Assembly: GCA_963828255.1 (NCBI GenBank)
Contig: CAWHDZ010000011.1
Span: 160,001 to 224,000, forward strand
Direction of reading: 5' to 3'
Source: an uncultured delta proteobacterium
Lineage (GTDB): Bacteria; Myxococcota; Myxococcia; Myxococcales; Anaeromyxobacteraceae
DNA: 64,000 nt
Shown: positions 1 to 19,365 of the stretch, one piece after another
How positions within the stretch are numbered: the stretch's first letter is position 1
How the letters are laid out: each line of letters starts with the position of its first letter
The notes under the pieces: model-generated
Told to the model about the DNA's origin: nothing
Databases searched by the model: none
What the model saw: the letters and a program-made list of their open reading frames with translations, nothing else
Made by a program: the position numbers and the translations under genes

Positions 1-530
1 CCGTCCACGGCTGCCCCGTCCGCCTCGACGATCACCTCCCCGGGCGCGAGGTCGGGATCGGTCACGAGGATCACCCCTGCGGCTGAGGAAGGGAATCCCC
101 CGTCCCCCTCCCCGGCGCGGAAGGCCTCGGCGTCCCCGGCGCTGACCCGCAGCGCCACGGGCCTGCTCCCGCGGAGCTCGGCGAGCGCCCTCCCGGCCGC
201 GGCGACGGCATCGCCCCCGGGCCGCACCTCCCGGGCCAGGATCCGCCCGGCCATCTCCACCGCGAGCCCGATGAGCTCGCCGGCGCACCCGGCCAGCACG
301 CGGTCCCGCTCCGCCGCGCCCCGCACCACCTGGGCCGCCGCCCGCGCGAGCCCCTCCGCGTGGCCGGACTCGACGGCCTGCGCCCGCGTGCGCGCGACCT
401 CCCCCGCCGCCCCTGCCCGGAGCTGTCGGGCCTCCTCCTCCGCGCCGGCGAGCAACTCCCGCGCCGCCCGGCGCGCCTCCCAGACCTCGGCGGAGATGCG
501 CCGCGGCGCGGGCGCCGCTCCCCCCGTCAC
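1..530 (-). CDS. FliH/SctL (HrpE/YscL)-like type III export stator protein, 3' end outside window
   Basis: Not in ORF track. Hand translation from GTG at 530 (RBS GGGAGG): MTGGAAPAPRRISAEVWEARRAARELLAGAEEEARQ...GHAEGLARAA...LAVEMAGRILAREV...VALRVS...VTDPDLAPGEVIVEADGAAVDG; helical AxxxG-rich N-terminus plus FliH-type C-terminal motif. Confidence 0.7.
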   Translation of the reverse strand, partial: MTGGAAPAPRRISAEVWEARRAARELLAGAEEEARQLRAGAAGEVARTRAQAVESGHAEGLARAAAQVVRGAAERDRVLAGCAGELIGLAVEMAGRILAREVRPGGDAVAAAGRALAELRGSRPVALRVSAGDAEAFRAGEGDGGFPSSAAGVILVTDPDLAPGEVIVEADGAAVD

Positions 531-630
531 CGTTCCTCCCAGGACCGTCCGCCCTGCGTTCGCTCCGTCCACGCCACGACCTCCCCGGAGCCGCTCATCC
601 CGCCCACGGCGCCGCCTGCCGCCTCCCGTG

Positions 631-668
631 CAAGCGAAAGGCCCACCCCGCGCGGCGGAGTGGGCCTT
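631..668 (-). terminator. Probable intrinsic terminator after sigma factor gene
   Basis: Inverted repeat AAGGCCCAC...GTGGGCCTT followed on the minus strand by TCGCTTG. Confidence 0.5.
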
Positions 669-693
669 GGTCGAGGCGCGATGTCCGGAGGGA

Positions 694-1449
694 CTAGGCG
701 GCTTCCTCGGCGTTGCCGATCTGCCCCGTCTCCACCGACTCGACCGACTCGAGGTAGCGGTGAAGGAACTGCTTGGTCTTCAGCTCCACCTGGCGGACCC
801 GCTCGCGCGAGACGCCCCAGCGCTTGCCGATCTCCTCCAGGGTCTTCGGAGAGTCCTGCTGGAGCCGGTTGTGGATGATGTCCCAGCCCAGCTCGCCGAT
901 GCGCTTGCGGACCTTGCCGAGCGCGTCGCGGACCTCGCGGTCGCCCTCACCCGACAGGTACCCGCCCTCGGGGCCGGGACCCTCGTCCTCGATGCGCTCG
1001 AGGTGCGAGACGTCGCCGTCCTCGTCGATGTAGCTGTCGAGGGAGAGGTCGGGCTGCGCCACCGTCCCGCTCTGCGGCCGGACCGTGCTGCGCGCCTCCT
1101 TGAGGTACTTGCCGACGTAGGCGCGGATCCACCACACCGCGTACGTCGAGAAACGGGTTCCGGCGTGCGGGTCGAACTTCTCGACGGCGCGCATGAGGCC
1201 GACGTTGCCCTCCTGGATCAGGTCGTCCAGTCGGACCGTCCCGCGACGCTGCTTGCGGGCGATGGCCACGACGAAGGCCAGGTTGTGCCGGACGAGCTTC
1301 TGCTTCGCCCCGACCTCGCCCTTGCGGGCCTTGAGCGCGAGAGCGTGTTCCTCGTCGCGGGTGAGCGGTGGGTAGTCTCGGACCGCCTTGAGATATGGGG
1401 CGAGCTCCTCGAACTCCCTGCTTCCGCGCTGGATACCGGCGGTCTTCAT
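694..1449 (-). CDS. Alternative sigma-70 family RNA polymerase sigma factor (RpoD/RpoH-like regions 1.2, 2 and 4; region 3 very short)
   Basis: YLKAVRDYPPLTRDEE, DLIQEGNVGLMRAVEKFD, RFSTYAVWWIR, TLEEIGKRWGVSRERVRQVE; ATG 1449 with GAGG RBS. Confidence 0.92.
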   Translation of the reverse strand: MKTAGIQRGSREFEELAPYLKAVRDYPPLTRDEEHALALKARKGEVGAKQKLVRHNLAFVVAIARKQRRGTVRLDDLIQEGNVGLMRAVEKFDPHAGTRFSTYAVWWIRAYVGKYLKEARSTVRPQSGTVAQPDLSLDSYIDEDGDVSHLERIEDEGPGPEGGYLSGEGDREVRDALGKVRKRIGELGWDIIHNRLQQDSPKTLEEIGKRWGVSRERVRQVELKTKQFLHRYLESVESVETGQIGNAEEAA

Positions 1450-1519
1450 CCTCGTTTGCCTCTCCACTGTCCGTGCAGGCTGCCGGGTCTTCCGGAATGC
1501 CGGACAGTTACGTTACGGC

Positions 1520-1548
1520 ATATTACGAATCTGGACTTCTTCAGTCAA
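1520..1548 (-). promoter_or_regulatory. sigma70-type promoter of the sigma factor gene
   Basis: TTGACT-17 bp-TAATAT on the minus strand in an AT-richer intergenic region. Confidence 0.65.
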
Positions 1549-1860
1549 CCACCAAAGCCAAGTATCCGTCATGATTGATTTGTAATACCGACACATGACT
1601 CCTTTTCCTGGTTTGTCCCGTCCCGATTTTCATGACGCGGCAAATCACGAAAGGGCTGGTACTCTTTCTTGAACGCCCGGGATCCACGGAATAGTTCCGC
1701 CATCCCACACCGGGACGGGGCGTCCCGGACGGCCAGTCCCGTACGCCCCTTAAGGGTATGACGAGCCCCTTCTTGGGTCCCGTCCCATACCCCCCGAAAA
1801 GGGCGATGGCCCGAGGCTCTCGCCCCGGGCCACCGGTCGAATCCCTGGGAGGTCCTTCGG

Positions 1861-6024
<4,164 letters not shown>

Positions 6025-6068
6025 GTCTCGTCCCTCGATGCGGCGTTCGGGTTCCGGGTCATCTGCGC

Positions 6069-10313
<4,245 letters not shown>

Positions 10314-10440
10314 CGAGCAGGTTCCTCTTTTCCCCGGAAGGAGTCTCGTCACAAGCACTACGAGCCGGCGCGAGGCCGGCTCATGACTTCATGCCCGGCG
10401 GTGAGGCCGGGGGACGGGGATGGGCATGGGGGGGACGTGG

Positions 10441-10469
10441 TTATTAACCACTCTGACCCTCCGTGTCAA
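10441..10469 (-). promoter_or_regulatory. sigma70-type promoter between rplL and rpoB
   Basis: TTGACA-17 bp-TAATAA. Confidence 0.65.
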
Positions 10470-10539
10470 AAGTCCCGTCCCGGGAGGGAGGGGGGGGCCG
10501 GCCACCGGGCCGTCCATCCCCCCCGACCCGCGCACCGGA

Positions 10540-10914
10540 CTACTTGATCTCGACCTTCGCTCCGGCGGCCTCGAGCTTCTTCTTGACCTCCTCGGCCTCG
10601 GCCTTGGGAACGCCCGTCTTGACCTCCTTGGGGGCCCCCTCGACCAGGTCCTTGGCCTCCTTCAGGCCCAGGCCGGTGATGGCGCGGACTTCCTTGATGG
10701 TGTTGATCTTGTTGGCGCCGGCGTCCAGGAGGACCACGTTGAACTCGGTCTTCTCCTCGACCGGGGCGGCTGCGGCCCCCCCACCGGCGGCCATCATCAC
10801 CGGGGCGGCGGCGGCGCTGACGCCCCACTTCTCCTCGAGGGTCTTCACGAGCTCGGCGGCCTCGAGGATGGTGAGGCCGGAGAGCTGCTCCACGATTGCG
10901 TTCAGGTCTGCCAT
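10540..10914 (-). CDS. rplL: 50S ribosomal protein L7/L12
   Basis: [30 protein letters not shown]. Confidence 0.98.
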   Translation of the reverse strand: MADLNAIVEQLSGLTILEAAELVKTLEEKWGVSAAAAPVMMAAGGGAAAAPVEEKTEFNVVLLDAGANKINTIKEVRAITGLGLKEAKDLVEGAPKEVKTGVPKAEAEEVKKKLEAAGAKVEIK

Positions 10915-10999
10915 GACTTCGTCTTCCTTTTTTCTTGGGGGGCGACTGAAGCGCCCCGCGTCCATGCCCGCGCTGTCGCGCGGGCGGGTTCACGTACCG

Positions 11000-11527
11000 T
11001 CAAGAAGCCTTCTTCTCCAGCTGTTCCCTGCGCGCGCCGAGGACCTGGGCAAGCTGCTGGCCAGGTGCGGCGAGCAGCCGCACGAGCTTCGACGCCGGCT
11101 GGGCGATGGTTCCCGCGATCTTCGAGCGCAGCTCGGGGAGCGAGGGCAGCTTCGCGAGGGCCATGATGCCCTTCACGTCGATGACCTTTCCCTGCACCAC
11201 TGCGATGCGGAGCGTGAAGTTCTCACGGTCCTTGACGAAGTCCGCCAGGATCTTCGCCGGGGCGACCACGTCGTCGTACGACATGACGAGCGCCGTCGGT
11301 CCGACGAACTTTCCCGCCAGCTGCTCGAGGTCCGTGCCCTTGGCGGCACGGATGGCCAGGGAGTTCTTGACGATGCGGTACTCCACCTTGGCTTCGCGGC
11401 ACTTCCTGCGAAGCTCGGTGACCGTCGCCACGTTGAGTCCCCTGGGCTCCGCAAGGATGGCGGCCTTGGCCTTGGCCATCTTGGCGTGGAGGTTCCCGAT
11501 GACTGCTTCTTTTTCCGTCCGGTTCAA
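11000..11527 (-). CDS. rplJ: 50S ribosomal protein L10
   Basis: RGLNVATVTELRR, VKNSLA, GPTA, LAKLPS; TTG start; synteny. Confidence 0.96.
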   Translation of the reverse strand: MNRTEKEAVIGNLHAKMAKAKAAILAEPRGLNVATVTELRRKCREAKVEYRIVKNSLAIRAAKGTDLEQLAGKFVGPTALVMSYDDVVAPAKILADFVKDRENFTLRIAVVQGKVIDVKGIMALAKLPSLPELRSKIAGTIAQPASKLVRLLAAPGQQLAQVLGARREQLEKKAS

Positions 11528-11641
11528 GTGTTCTCACTTCCTTCCCGACCGGCCGCAAAGCGGCTCGGCGTGATGTGGGCCACGGACCGGACGTCGGTAC
11601 GGACCCCCTGGCCAAGCAGGGGACGCTGCAATCGCAACTTC

Positions 11642-11733
11642 CCGTCTCGGCGGGTCGGGCTCGAATCGCCCGCTTGGCCACCCATCCCCTTCTCGCTTCT
11701 CGCACCCGGGGACGGGCAGGCCCGCTGTCTTGG
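11642..11733 (-). promoter_or_regulatory. L10 leader (ribosomal protein autoregulatory RNA)
   Basis: CCAAGACAGCGGG...CCCGCCGAGACGG in the rplA-rplJ spacer matches the AGACAGYRGG...CCYRCCGAG pattern. Confidence 0.7.
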
Positions 11734-11788
11734 ACCAGGAAACACCCGCCGGCGACGCGCCGGAGGGCAAACCTGGAAATGCGGTCTC

Positions 11789-12499
11789 CTATGCTGCCGT
11801 GTGGTGGGCGCTGAGCTCGGCCGGGTCGAGCCTGATGCCCGGCCCCATGGTCGTGCTCACGGTGACACCCTTCAGATACACGCCCTTCGCCGTCTGGGGG
11901 CGCGCCTTGAAGATGACCTCCATGATGGCGTTGAAGTTGTCCTTCAGCTTGTCCGGGGTGAAGGAGGCCTTGCCGAACGGCACGTGGACGATCCCGGCCT
12001 TCTCGACCCGGAACTCCACCTTGCCGGCCTTCTGCTCCCGGACCGCGCGGCCCACGTCGGCGCTGACCGTGCCCACCTTGGGGTTCGGCATGAGGCCGCG
12101 GGGACCGAGCACCTTGCCGAGCCGGCCGACCACTCCCATCATGTCGGGGGTGGCGATGACCTTGTCGAAGTCCATGAAGCCGCCCTGGATCTTCTCGGCC
12201 AGGTCCTCGGCGCCGACGAGGTCGGCTCCGGCCTCCGTGGCCTCGCGGGCCTTGTCGCCCTTGGCGAAGACCGCCAGCCGGATGGTCTTGCCCATTCCGT
12301 GGGGGAGCACCACCGCGCCGCGGACCACCTGGTCGGCGTGCTTGGGGTCCACGCCCAGGTTGATGGCGGCGTCCACCGACTCGTCGAACTTGCGGACGGC
12401 CGTGCTCTTCACGAGCGCCAGCGCGTCGTCGAGCTTGTAGCGCCTGTTGCTGTCGACGTTCTCGGCGGCCTTCTTGAACTTCTTTCCGATGTGAGCCAT
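11789..12499 (-). CDS. rplA: 50S ribosomal protein L1
   Basis: [29 protein letters not shown]. Confidence 0.98.
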   Translation of the reverse strand: MAHIGKKFKKAAENVDSNRRYKLDDALALVKSTAVRKFDESVDAAINLGVDPKHADQVVRGAVVLPHGMGKTIRLAVFAKGDKAREATEAGADLVGAEDLAEKIQGGFMDFDKVIATPDMMGVVGRLGKVLGPRGLMPNPKVGTVSADVGRAVREQKAGKVEFRVEKAGIVHVPFGKASFTPDKLKDNFNAIMEVIFKARPQTAKGVYLKGVTVSTTMGPGIRLDPAELSAHHTAA

Positions 12500-12515
12500 G
12501 TGCGTGTCTCCCGGC

Positions 12516-12962
12516 CTAACCGACGATCTCGATGCCCATGGACCGGGCGGTGCCCTCGACGGTCCGCATCGCGGCCTCGAGGCTCCCCGCCGTCATGTCC
12601 TGCATCTTCATCTTGGCGATCTGCTCGAGCTGCGTGCGCGACACCTTCCCGACCTTCTCCTTGCCGGGGGCGTGCGCGCCGCTGCCCTTCTTCTTCTCGG
12701 TGTGCAGTCCGGCGGCCTTCTTGAGCAGGATCGACGCCGGGGGCGTCTTGAGGATGAAGCTGAAGGAGCGATCCTGGTAGACCGTGATGATCACCGGGAT
12801 GATGAGCGCTTCCTTCGCCTGCGCCTGCGTGGCCGCGTTGAACTGCTTGCAGAACTCCATGATGTTCACGCCGTGCTGGCCGAGCGCCGGACCCACCGGG
12901 GGCGCCGGGTTGGCCTTCCCAGCCGGGATCTGCAGCTTGATCTGCCCTGTGACCTTCTTCAT
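12516..12962 (-). CDS. rplK: 50S ribosomal protein L11
   Basis: [30 protein letters not shown]. Confidence 0.98.
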   Translation of the reverse strand: MKKVTGQIKLQIPAGKANPAPPVGPALGQHGVNIMEFCKQFNAATQAQAKEALIIPVIITVYQDRSFSFILKTPPASILLKKAAGLHTEKKKGSGAHAPGKEKVGKVSRTQLEQIAKMKMQDMTAGSLEAAMRTVEGTARSMGIEIVG

Positions 12963-13000
12963 GCCTCGTCATCCTTCCGGGCCCGTGCGGCTGGCCCTGC

Positions 13001-13029
13001 GTGGTCTTCCGGGCGGCGAGCCCTTCCAC
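13001..13029 (-). promoter_or_regulatory. Putative L1-binding leader upstream of rplK
   Basis: GTGGAAGGGC-loop-GCCC-ggaag-ACCAC, the GUGG(G/A)AG...ACCAC internal-loop pattern. Confidence 0.55.
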
Positions 13030-13136
13030 GCTCTGTGAACTGCGGGTGCGGCGGGTGAGGCCTCGACTGCGCTTGCGGTTCCGTCGTTCGGGACGGCGCC
13101 GCGGAGTGGCTCTTGCGGCGGCTGAAACCGCCGCTG

Positions 13137-13682
13137 CTACGTCTTCTCCACCTGCATGAAATCGAGCTCGACCGGGGTGGCCCGGCCGAAGATGGACACC
13201 AGCACGCGGACCTTGCCCTTGTCGGGCTTGACCTCTTCCACCGTGCCGTTGAAGTTGGAGAAGGGGCCGTCGGTCACGCGGACCTGGTCGCCCTCCTCGA
13301 ACTGGACCTTGGGCTTGGGCTTGAGGGTGCCCTCGGAGATCTGGCTGGTGAGGCGGGCAACCTCGACGTCGGAGATGGCCGGGACGTCCTTGGGGATCTT
13401 GGCGCTCCCGACGAAGCCGGTGACCTTGGCGGTGCCCTTCACGAGGTGCCAGGTGCGGTCGTCCATCTCCATCTGGACCAGCACGTAGCCGGGGAAGAAC
13501 TTCCGCTTGGAGGTCTTCTTCTCCCCCTTCACCATCTCCACGACCTGCTCCATGGGGATGAGGATCTCTCCGAAGCTCTCCTGGAGATCCTCCTGGCGCA
13601 CGCGCTCCTCGAGCGACTTCTTCACCTTGTTCTCGAAGCCCGAATACGTGTGCACCGCGTACCACTTCTTCGCCATTGCCAT
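13137..13682 (-). CDS. nusG: Transcription termination/antitermination factor NusG
   Basis: [22 protein letters not shown] domain [18 protein letters not shown]. Confidence 0.98.
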   Translation of the reverse strand: MAMAKKWYAVHTYSGFENKVKKSLEERVRQEDLQESFGEILIPMEQVVEMVKGEKKTSKRKFFPGYVLVQMEMDDRTWHLVKGTAKVTGFVGSAKIPKDVPAISDVEVARLTSQISEGTLKPKPKVQFEEGDQVRVTDGPFSNFNGTVEEVKPDKGKVRVLVSIFGRATPVELDFMQVEKT

Positions 13683-13735
13683 GTTCTCCCGACGCTCGGT
13701 GCGCCGCCTCCGGGCGCTCCGCGCCCGGCAACCTG

Positions 13736-14128
13736 CTAGTAGACCAGCGACGAGAGACGCGACCAGACCACGTCGAAGATGCCGAGCAGGAACGCCGCGA
13801 GGAAGGTGAAGACCACCACCGCGACGGTGGAGGCCCGCGTCTCGCGGAGATTGGGCCACGAGACCCGCTCCAGTTCCTGGGCGACCTGCATGGACACCGC
13901 GTTGACGCGCGGGGACCGCCAGGCCAGCACCGCCAGCGCTGCCGCGATGCCGTACCCGAGCAGCGTGGTGAGGGTCCAATCGTCCCCCAGCACGGCCACG
14001 TCGTTCAGGCGCGCGTACGAGAAGCCGAGGGCAAGGATCTTCTCGAGGAAGATCCCGACCACGACCGCCGCGAAGAAGTAGAAGATCGCGACGACTCGCT
14101 TCGGCTCGACGCCAGGTCCCTTTTCCAT
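13736..14128 (-). CDS. secE: Preprotein translocase subunit SecE (3-TM form)
   Basis: ELERVSWP motif followed by a TM helix; synteny with nusG. Confidence 0.92.
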   Translation of the reverse strand: MEKGPGVEPKRVVAIFYFFAAVVVGIFLEKILALGFSYARLNDVAVLGDDWTLTTLLGYGIAAALAVLAWRSPRVNAVSMQVAQELERVSWPNLRETRASTVAVVVFTFLAAFLLGIFDVVWSRLSSLVY

Positions 14129-14146
14129 GCTGCCCTTCCGCTGAAC

Positions 14147-14222
14147 TGGCAGGCCAGGAGGGATTCGAACCCCCAACCCGCGGTTTTGGAGACCGCTGCT
14201 CTACCGTTCGAGCTACTGGCCT
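14147..14222 (-). tRNA. tRNA-Trp(CCA)
   Basis: 76-nt cloverleaf, anticodon loop CT-CCA-AA, GTTCGAATC, CCA end. Confidence 0.97.
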
Positions 14223-14241
14223 TCGAAATCCCGGTACAGGA

Positions 14242-14400
14242 CTACTTCGTTTCCTTGTGCGTCGCGTGCTTGCGGCAGCGCGGACAGAACTTGGAACGCG
14301 AGAGCTTGTCCTGGGTCTTCTTCTTGTTCTTGGTGGTGCTGTAATTCCGCTCCTTGCAGGTCGTGCACTCGAGCGTGATGATCGTCCTGTTGCCGGCCAT
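14242..14400 (-). CDS. rpmG: 50S ribosomal protein L33 (zinc-binding form)
   Basis: Hand translation [52 protein letters not shown]. Confidence 0.96.
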   Translation of the reverse strand: MAGNRTIITLECTTCKERNYSTTKNKKKTQDKLSRSKFCPRCRKHATHKETK

Positions 14401-14457
14401 GGCTTTCCGTCCTCACTGAGATGACGGCCGGGGCGGACTTCTCCTCGACCGTGATGC

Positions 14458-14533
<76 letters not shown>

Positions 14534-14563
14534 CTTTCTTCCTTTCTTCGTGACCTTGCGACC

Positions 14564-14641
<78 letters not shown>

Positions 14642-14661
14642 ACCTCGTCAATCTCCTGGAG

Positions 14662-14744
14662 TGGAGGGGGGTGGATTCGAACCACCGAAGGCGTAAGCCG
14701 GCAGATTTACAGTCTGCTCCCTTTGGCCGCTCGGGAACCCCTCC
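14662..14744 (-). tRNA. tRNA-Tyr(GTA), CCA not encoded directly after discriminator
   Basis: GGAGGGG/CCCCTCC acceptor, anticodon GTA, long variable arm. Confidence 0.95.
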
Positions 14745-14799
14745 TTGACCACTTCGAACCTGAACCTAAGGACCACGACGATCGATGCGACGGGCCAGC

Positions 14800-14875
14800 T
14801 GGAGCTGGCGGTGGGATTCGAACCCGCGACCTGCTGCTTACAAGGCAGCTGCTCTGCCAACTGAGCTACGCCAGC
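14800..14875 (-). tRNA. tRNA-Thr(TGT)
   Basis: 76-nt cloverleaf, anticodon TGT, CCA end. Confidence 0.96.
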
Positions 14876-14945
14876 GAATCCCCAGAAGTTTCTGGCTCTG
14901 GCCACCCGGCGCGAGGGACACCCGTCCCCGGCGTCGGAGCGGGGT

Positions 14946-14974
14946 CTTGTACAAGACGCTCCCGGCCTTGTCAA
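14946..14974 (-). promoter_or_regulatory. sigma70-type promoter of the tRNA/r-protein operon
   Basis: TTGACA-17 bp-TACAAG followed by GC-rich sequence. Confidence 0.7.
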
Positions 14975-15728
14975 GGCAGGATCTTGCCTGTGCTTTCGCC
15001 CCGCTGGCGCGCCGCTTCGTAGAGCGCGATGGCCCCCGCGGCCGACGCGTTCAGGCTGCCCACCTTGCCCAGCATGGGGATGCGGACGGCGTGGTCGCAG
15101 TTCTTCCGGACGAGCGGCCGGATCCCCTGCCCTTCCCCCCCAGGACGAGCGCGATCGGCCCCCGGAGGTCCACCGAACGGAGCTCCTCGGTCCCGTCCGG
15201 GACGGTGGCGACCGTCCAGATCCCCGCCTCGCGGAGCTCCTCGATGCAGCGGACCAGGTTCGTGACCCGGGCGATGGCCATGTGCTCCACCGCCCCGGCC
15301 GATGCCTTGGCGGCCGACGGGGTCACGCCCGCCGCCCGGTCCCGGGGCAGCACCACGCCGTGGGCCCCCAGAGCGTGGGCCGACCGGACGATGGCGCCGA
15401 GGTTGTGGGGATCCTCCACGCCGTCGAGCAGGACGAGCAGCGGGGGGCGCCCGGACTCGCCGGCCGCGGCCAGGATCTCGTCGAGATCCCGGTAGCGGTA
15501 GTCGGCGACCACCGCCACGATGCCCTGGTGCTGGGTCAGCCCGGCCAGCCGGTCGAGCTTGGTGCGTGGCGCCGTTCGCACCTTGGCGCCCCGGTCGCGC
15601 GCGCCCTTCTCGAGATCGGCGAAGGCGCGGGGACGGTCCCCGCCCTCGGCGAGCCAGAGCTCGGTGATCCCCTCCGCGCCGGAGCGGAACAGCTCACGGA
15701 CGGGGTTCATCCCGTAGACGACGCGCAT
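14971..15728 (-). pseudogene. rlmB: 23S rRNA Gm2251 methyltransferase RlmB (TrmH family), apparent 1-nt frameshift in a G7 run at 15135-15141
   Basis: [29 protein letters not shown]; adding one G restores [35 protein letters not shown]. May be a sequencing error. Confidence 0.85.
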
Positions 15729-15735
15729 GCCGGCC

Positions 15736-16161
15736 TCACTTCACGTCGATGGCGACGGTGACGGTCTTCGTCTGGGGGACGCACCAGGTGTCGCTGCAGA
15801 TGGCGAACCGCATGTGCACCGTAACCTGTTGCCCCCCCTTGGCCACGGCCCTGACCGGGATCTCGAAGCTCGGGTTCTCGGCCTTGGGATCCACCGCGTC
15901 CTCGCGCTTCCACTCGACCTTGTCCACCACGAGCCCGGCCGACGGCGTCACCTTGTACTTGAGGGGGAACTCCCGGTTCACGTGGATCCCCTTCTCGAGC
16001 GAGACCACGTCGACGACCACCTTCCCCTTCCTTCCCACCTCGAGGGTGCGGGACGAGCCGTCGGTCACGACCTTGTAGGTGCTGGCCGCGTTCGCACCGT
16101 CGCCGGCGTGGGCGGGAGGCGCGAGTGCGACGGCGAGTGCGACGAGGGCGATGCGGACCAT
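15736..16161 (-). CDS. Exported protein resembling the DsbD N-terminal Ig-like domain
   Basis: Signal peptide MVRIALVALAVALAPPAHA; HVN..FP; C-terminal FAICSDTWCVP; RBS GGAGGAG. Confidence 0.6.
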   Translation of the reverse strand: MVRIALVALAVALAPPAHAGDGANAASTYKVVTDGSSRTLEVGRKGKVVVDVVSLEKGIHVNREFPLKYKVTPSAGLVVDKVEWKREDAVDPKAENPSFEIPVRAVAKGGQQVTVHMRFAICSDTWCVPQTKTVTVAIDVK

Positions 16162-16220
16162 GTCTCCTCCTCCGGGTTCCGGGGCGGGTATACCAGGGAC
16201 GGGCCTCCCTGCCCTCCGAT

Positions 16221-17156
16221 TCAGCGAGCGCGGCGAGGGGAGGGACGGACCCGCCGGCGGCGGCGCGGCGCCACGGCCGGGGCGCCCAGCATCTCGGCGG
16301 CGCGCTCCACGATGGCGCCGGCCAGGTCGACCCCGCAGGCCTCCTCGGCCTCCCGGATGCCCGGCGAGCTGTGGACCTCGAAGACCCTGGGACCGCCCGG
16401 AGCGTCGAGCATGTCCACCGCGCAGACCTCGAGCCCGATGACCCGGGCGGCCGCCAGGGCGGCCTGCTCGGCGCCGGCGTCGAGCGCGGCGGCCTCGAAG
16501 CGCGCCCCCTGGCCGAGGTTGCGCGAAAGGCGCCCCACCCGGGGGCGCCGGCGCAAGGCGGCGAGCGCCCGCCCGCCGACCACGAAGGCGCGCAGGTCCC
16601 CCCCGCGCCGTCCCCCCACGTACTGCTGCACCATGGTGTTCTGGCCGAGCCGCAGGATGGCCTCGAGCGCGGATTCCAGCGCCTGACGGCTCTCGCAGAC
16701 GATGACGCCGGTCTTCTCGTTGCCCCGCAGGAGCTTCACCAGCACCGGCAGCCCGCCGACGTGGCGGACCATCTCGCGCAGCCCGGAGGGCTCGGAGGCC
16801 ATCACCGTGCGCGGCACCTCGACCCCGCTCGCCGAGAGCAGCTGCAGCACCCGCATCTTGTTGCGGGCCAGCCCGATGGCCGGCGCCCCGTTCAGCACCG
16901 GCAGGCCGAGGCTCTGGAGGTGGTTCACCACCGCGAGCCCGTACTGGCTGATGGACGGGGCGATGCGCGGCACCACCACGTCGGTGGACGGGAAGGCCCC
17001 TCCGCGGTGGAAGATCTCCGGCCCCTCCCGGCCCAGCCGCATCTCCACCTGGAGCGGGTCGATCACCCGGGCCACGTGGCCCCGGGATCGCGCCGCCTCG
17101 ACGATTCGCCGGGTGGTGAAGATGCCGGCCGAGCGGGAGAGGACCGTCAGGTGCAT
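16221..17156 (-). CDS. rimK: RimK family alpha-L-glutamate ligase (ATP-grasp)
   Basis: DVVVPRI, ARNKMR, VPRT, GGLPVLVKL, GDLRAFVVGG, AVDML, EVHSSPG. Confidence 0.82.
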   Translation of the reverse strand: MHLTVLSRSAGIFTTRRIVEAARSRGHVARVIDPLQVEMRLGREGPEIFHRGGAFPSTDVVVPRIAPSISQYGLAVVNHLQSLGLPVLNGAPAIGLARNKMRVLQLLSASGVEVPRTVMASEPSGLREMVRHVGGLPVLVKLLRGNEKTGVIVCESRQALESALEAILRLGQNTMVQQYVGGRRGGDLRAFVVGGRALAALRRRPRVGRLSRNLGQGARFEAAALDAGAEQAALAAARVIGLEVCAVDMLDAPGGPRVFEVHSSPGIREAEEACGVDLAGAIVERAAEMLGAPAVAPRRRRRVRPSPRRAR

Positions 17157-17165
17157 CGGCGCAGG

Positions 17166-19070
<1,905 letters not shown>

Positions 19071-19097
19071 GTGTGCGAAGCCTCCCTTGTGAGAAGG

Positions 19098-19125
19098 AGG
19101 CTAAGTACTCACCGCGACGAGTCAA
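19098..19125 (-). promoter_or_regulatory. Putative dnaK promoter
   Basis: TTGACT-16 bp-TAGCCT upstream of the GGGAGG RBS. Confidence 0.5.
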
Positions 19126-19303
19126 ACGCCTCCTCCCCGGAAAATCGCACCCCATCCGGGGGTTGGCGGGGGCTCCCGCGCCCCGGGTGGGTGCGTAGAG
19201 CGCTTCGCAGTATGGAACCTTTTCTACCCGATCGTGACCGGAGCCACGTGGCATCCCCGGCACCGGATCGTTGAAATTCCGTCACTTTCGGGACGACGCA
19301 GTG

Positions 19304-19319
19304 TGGCATCCGGCTTGCT
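19304..19319 (+). promoter_or_regulatory. sigma54 (-24/-12) promoter
   Basis: TGGCATC-cggc-TTGCT, 46 bp before the ATG of the lipid kinase gene. Confidence 0.75.
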
Positions 19320-19365
19320 CCCCTGGAGTGCGACGCCGCAGTCATACCCTTGGACAGGGGACTCG

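Noticed and set aside
1635..1665. GGCAAA..CGAAAG resembling a c-di-GMP-I riboswitch
   Set aside because: P2 stem too short, no GACGCAAAGC, and wrong strand for the neighbouring genes
19102..19127. CIRCE-like TAAGTACTC-N8-GAGTCAAAC upstream of dnaK
   Set aside because: Spacer is 8 rather than 9 and the right arm is poor; explained by the promoter boxes, although weak HrcA binding cannot be excluded
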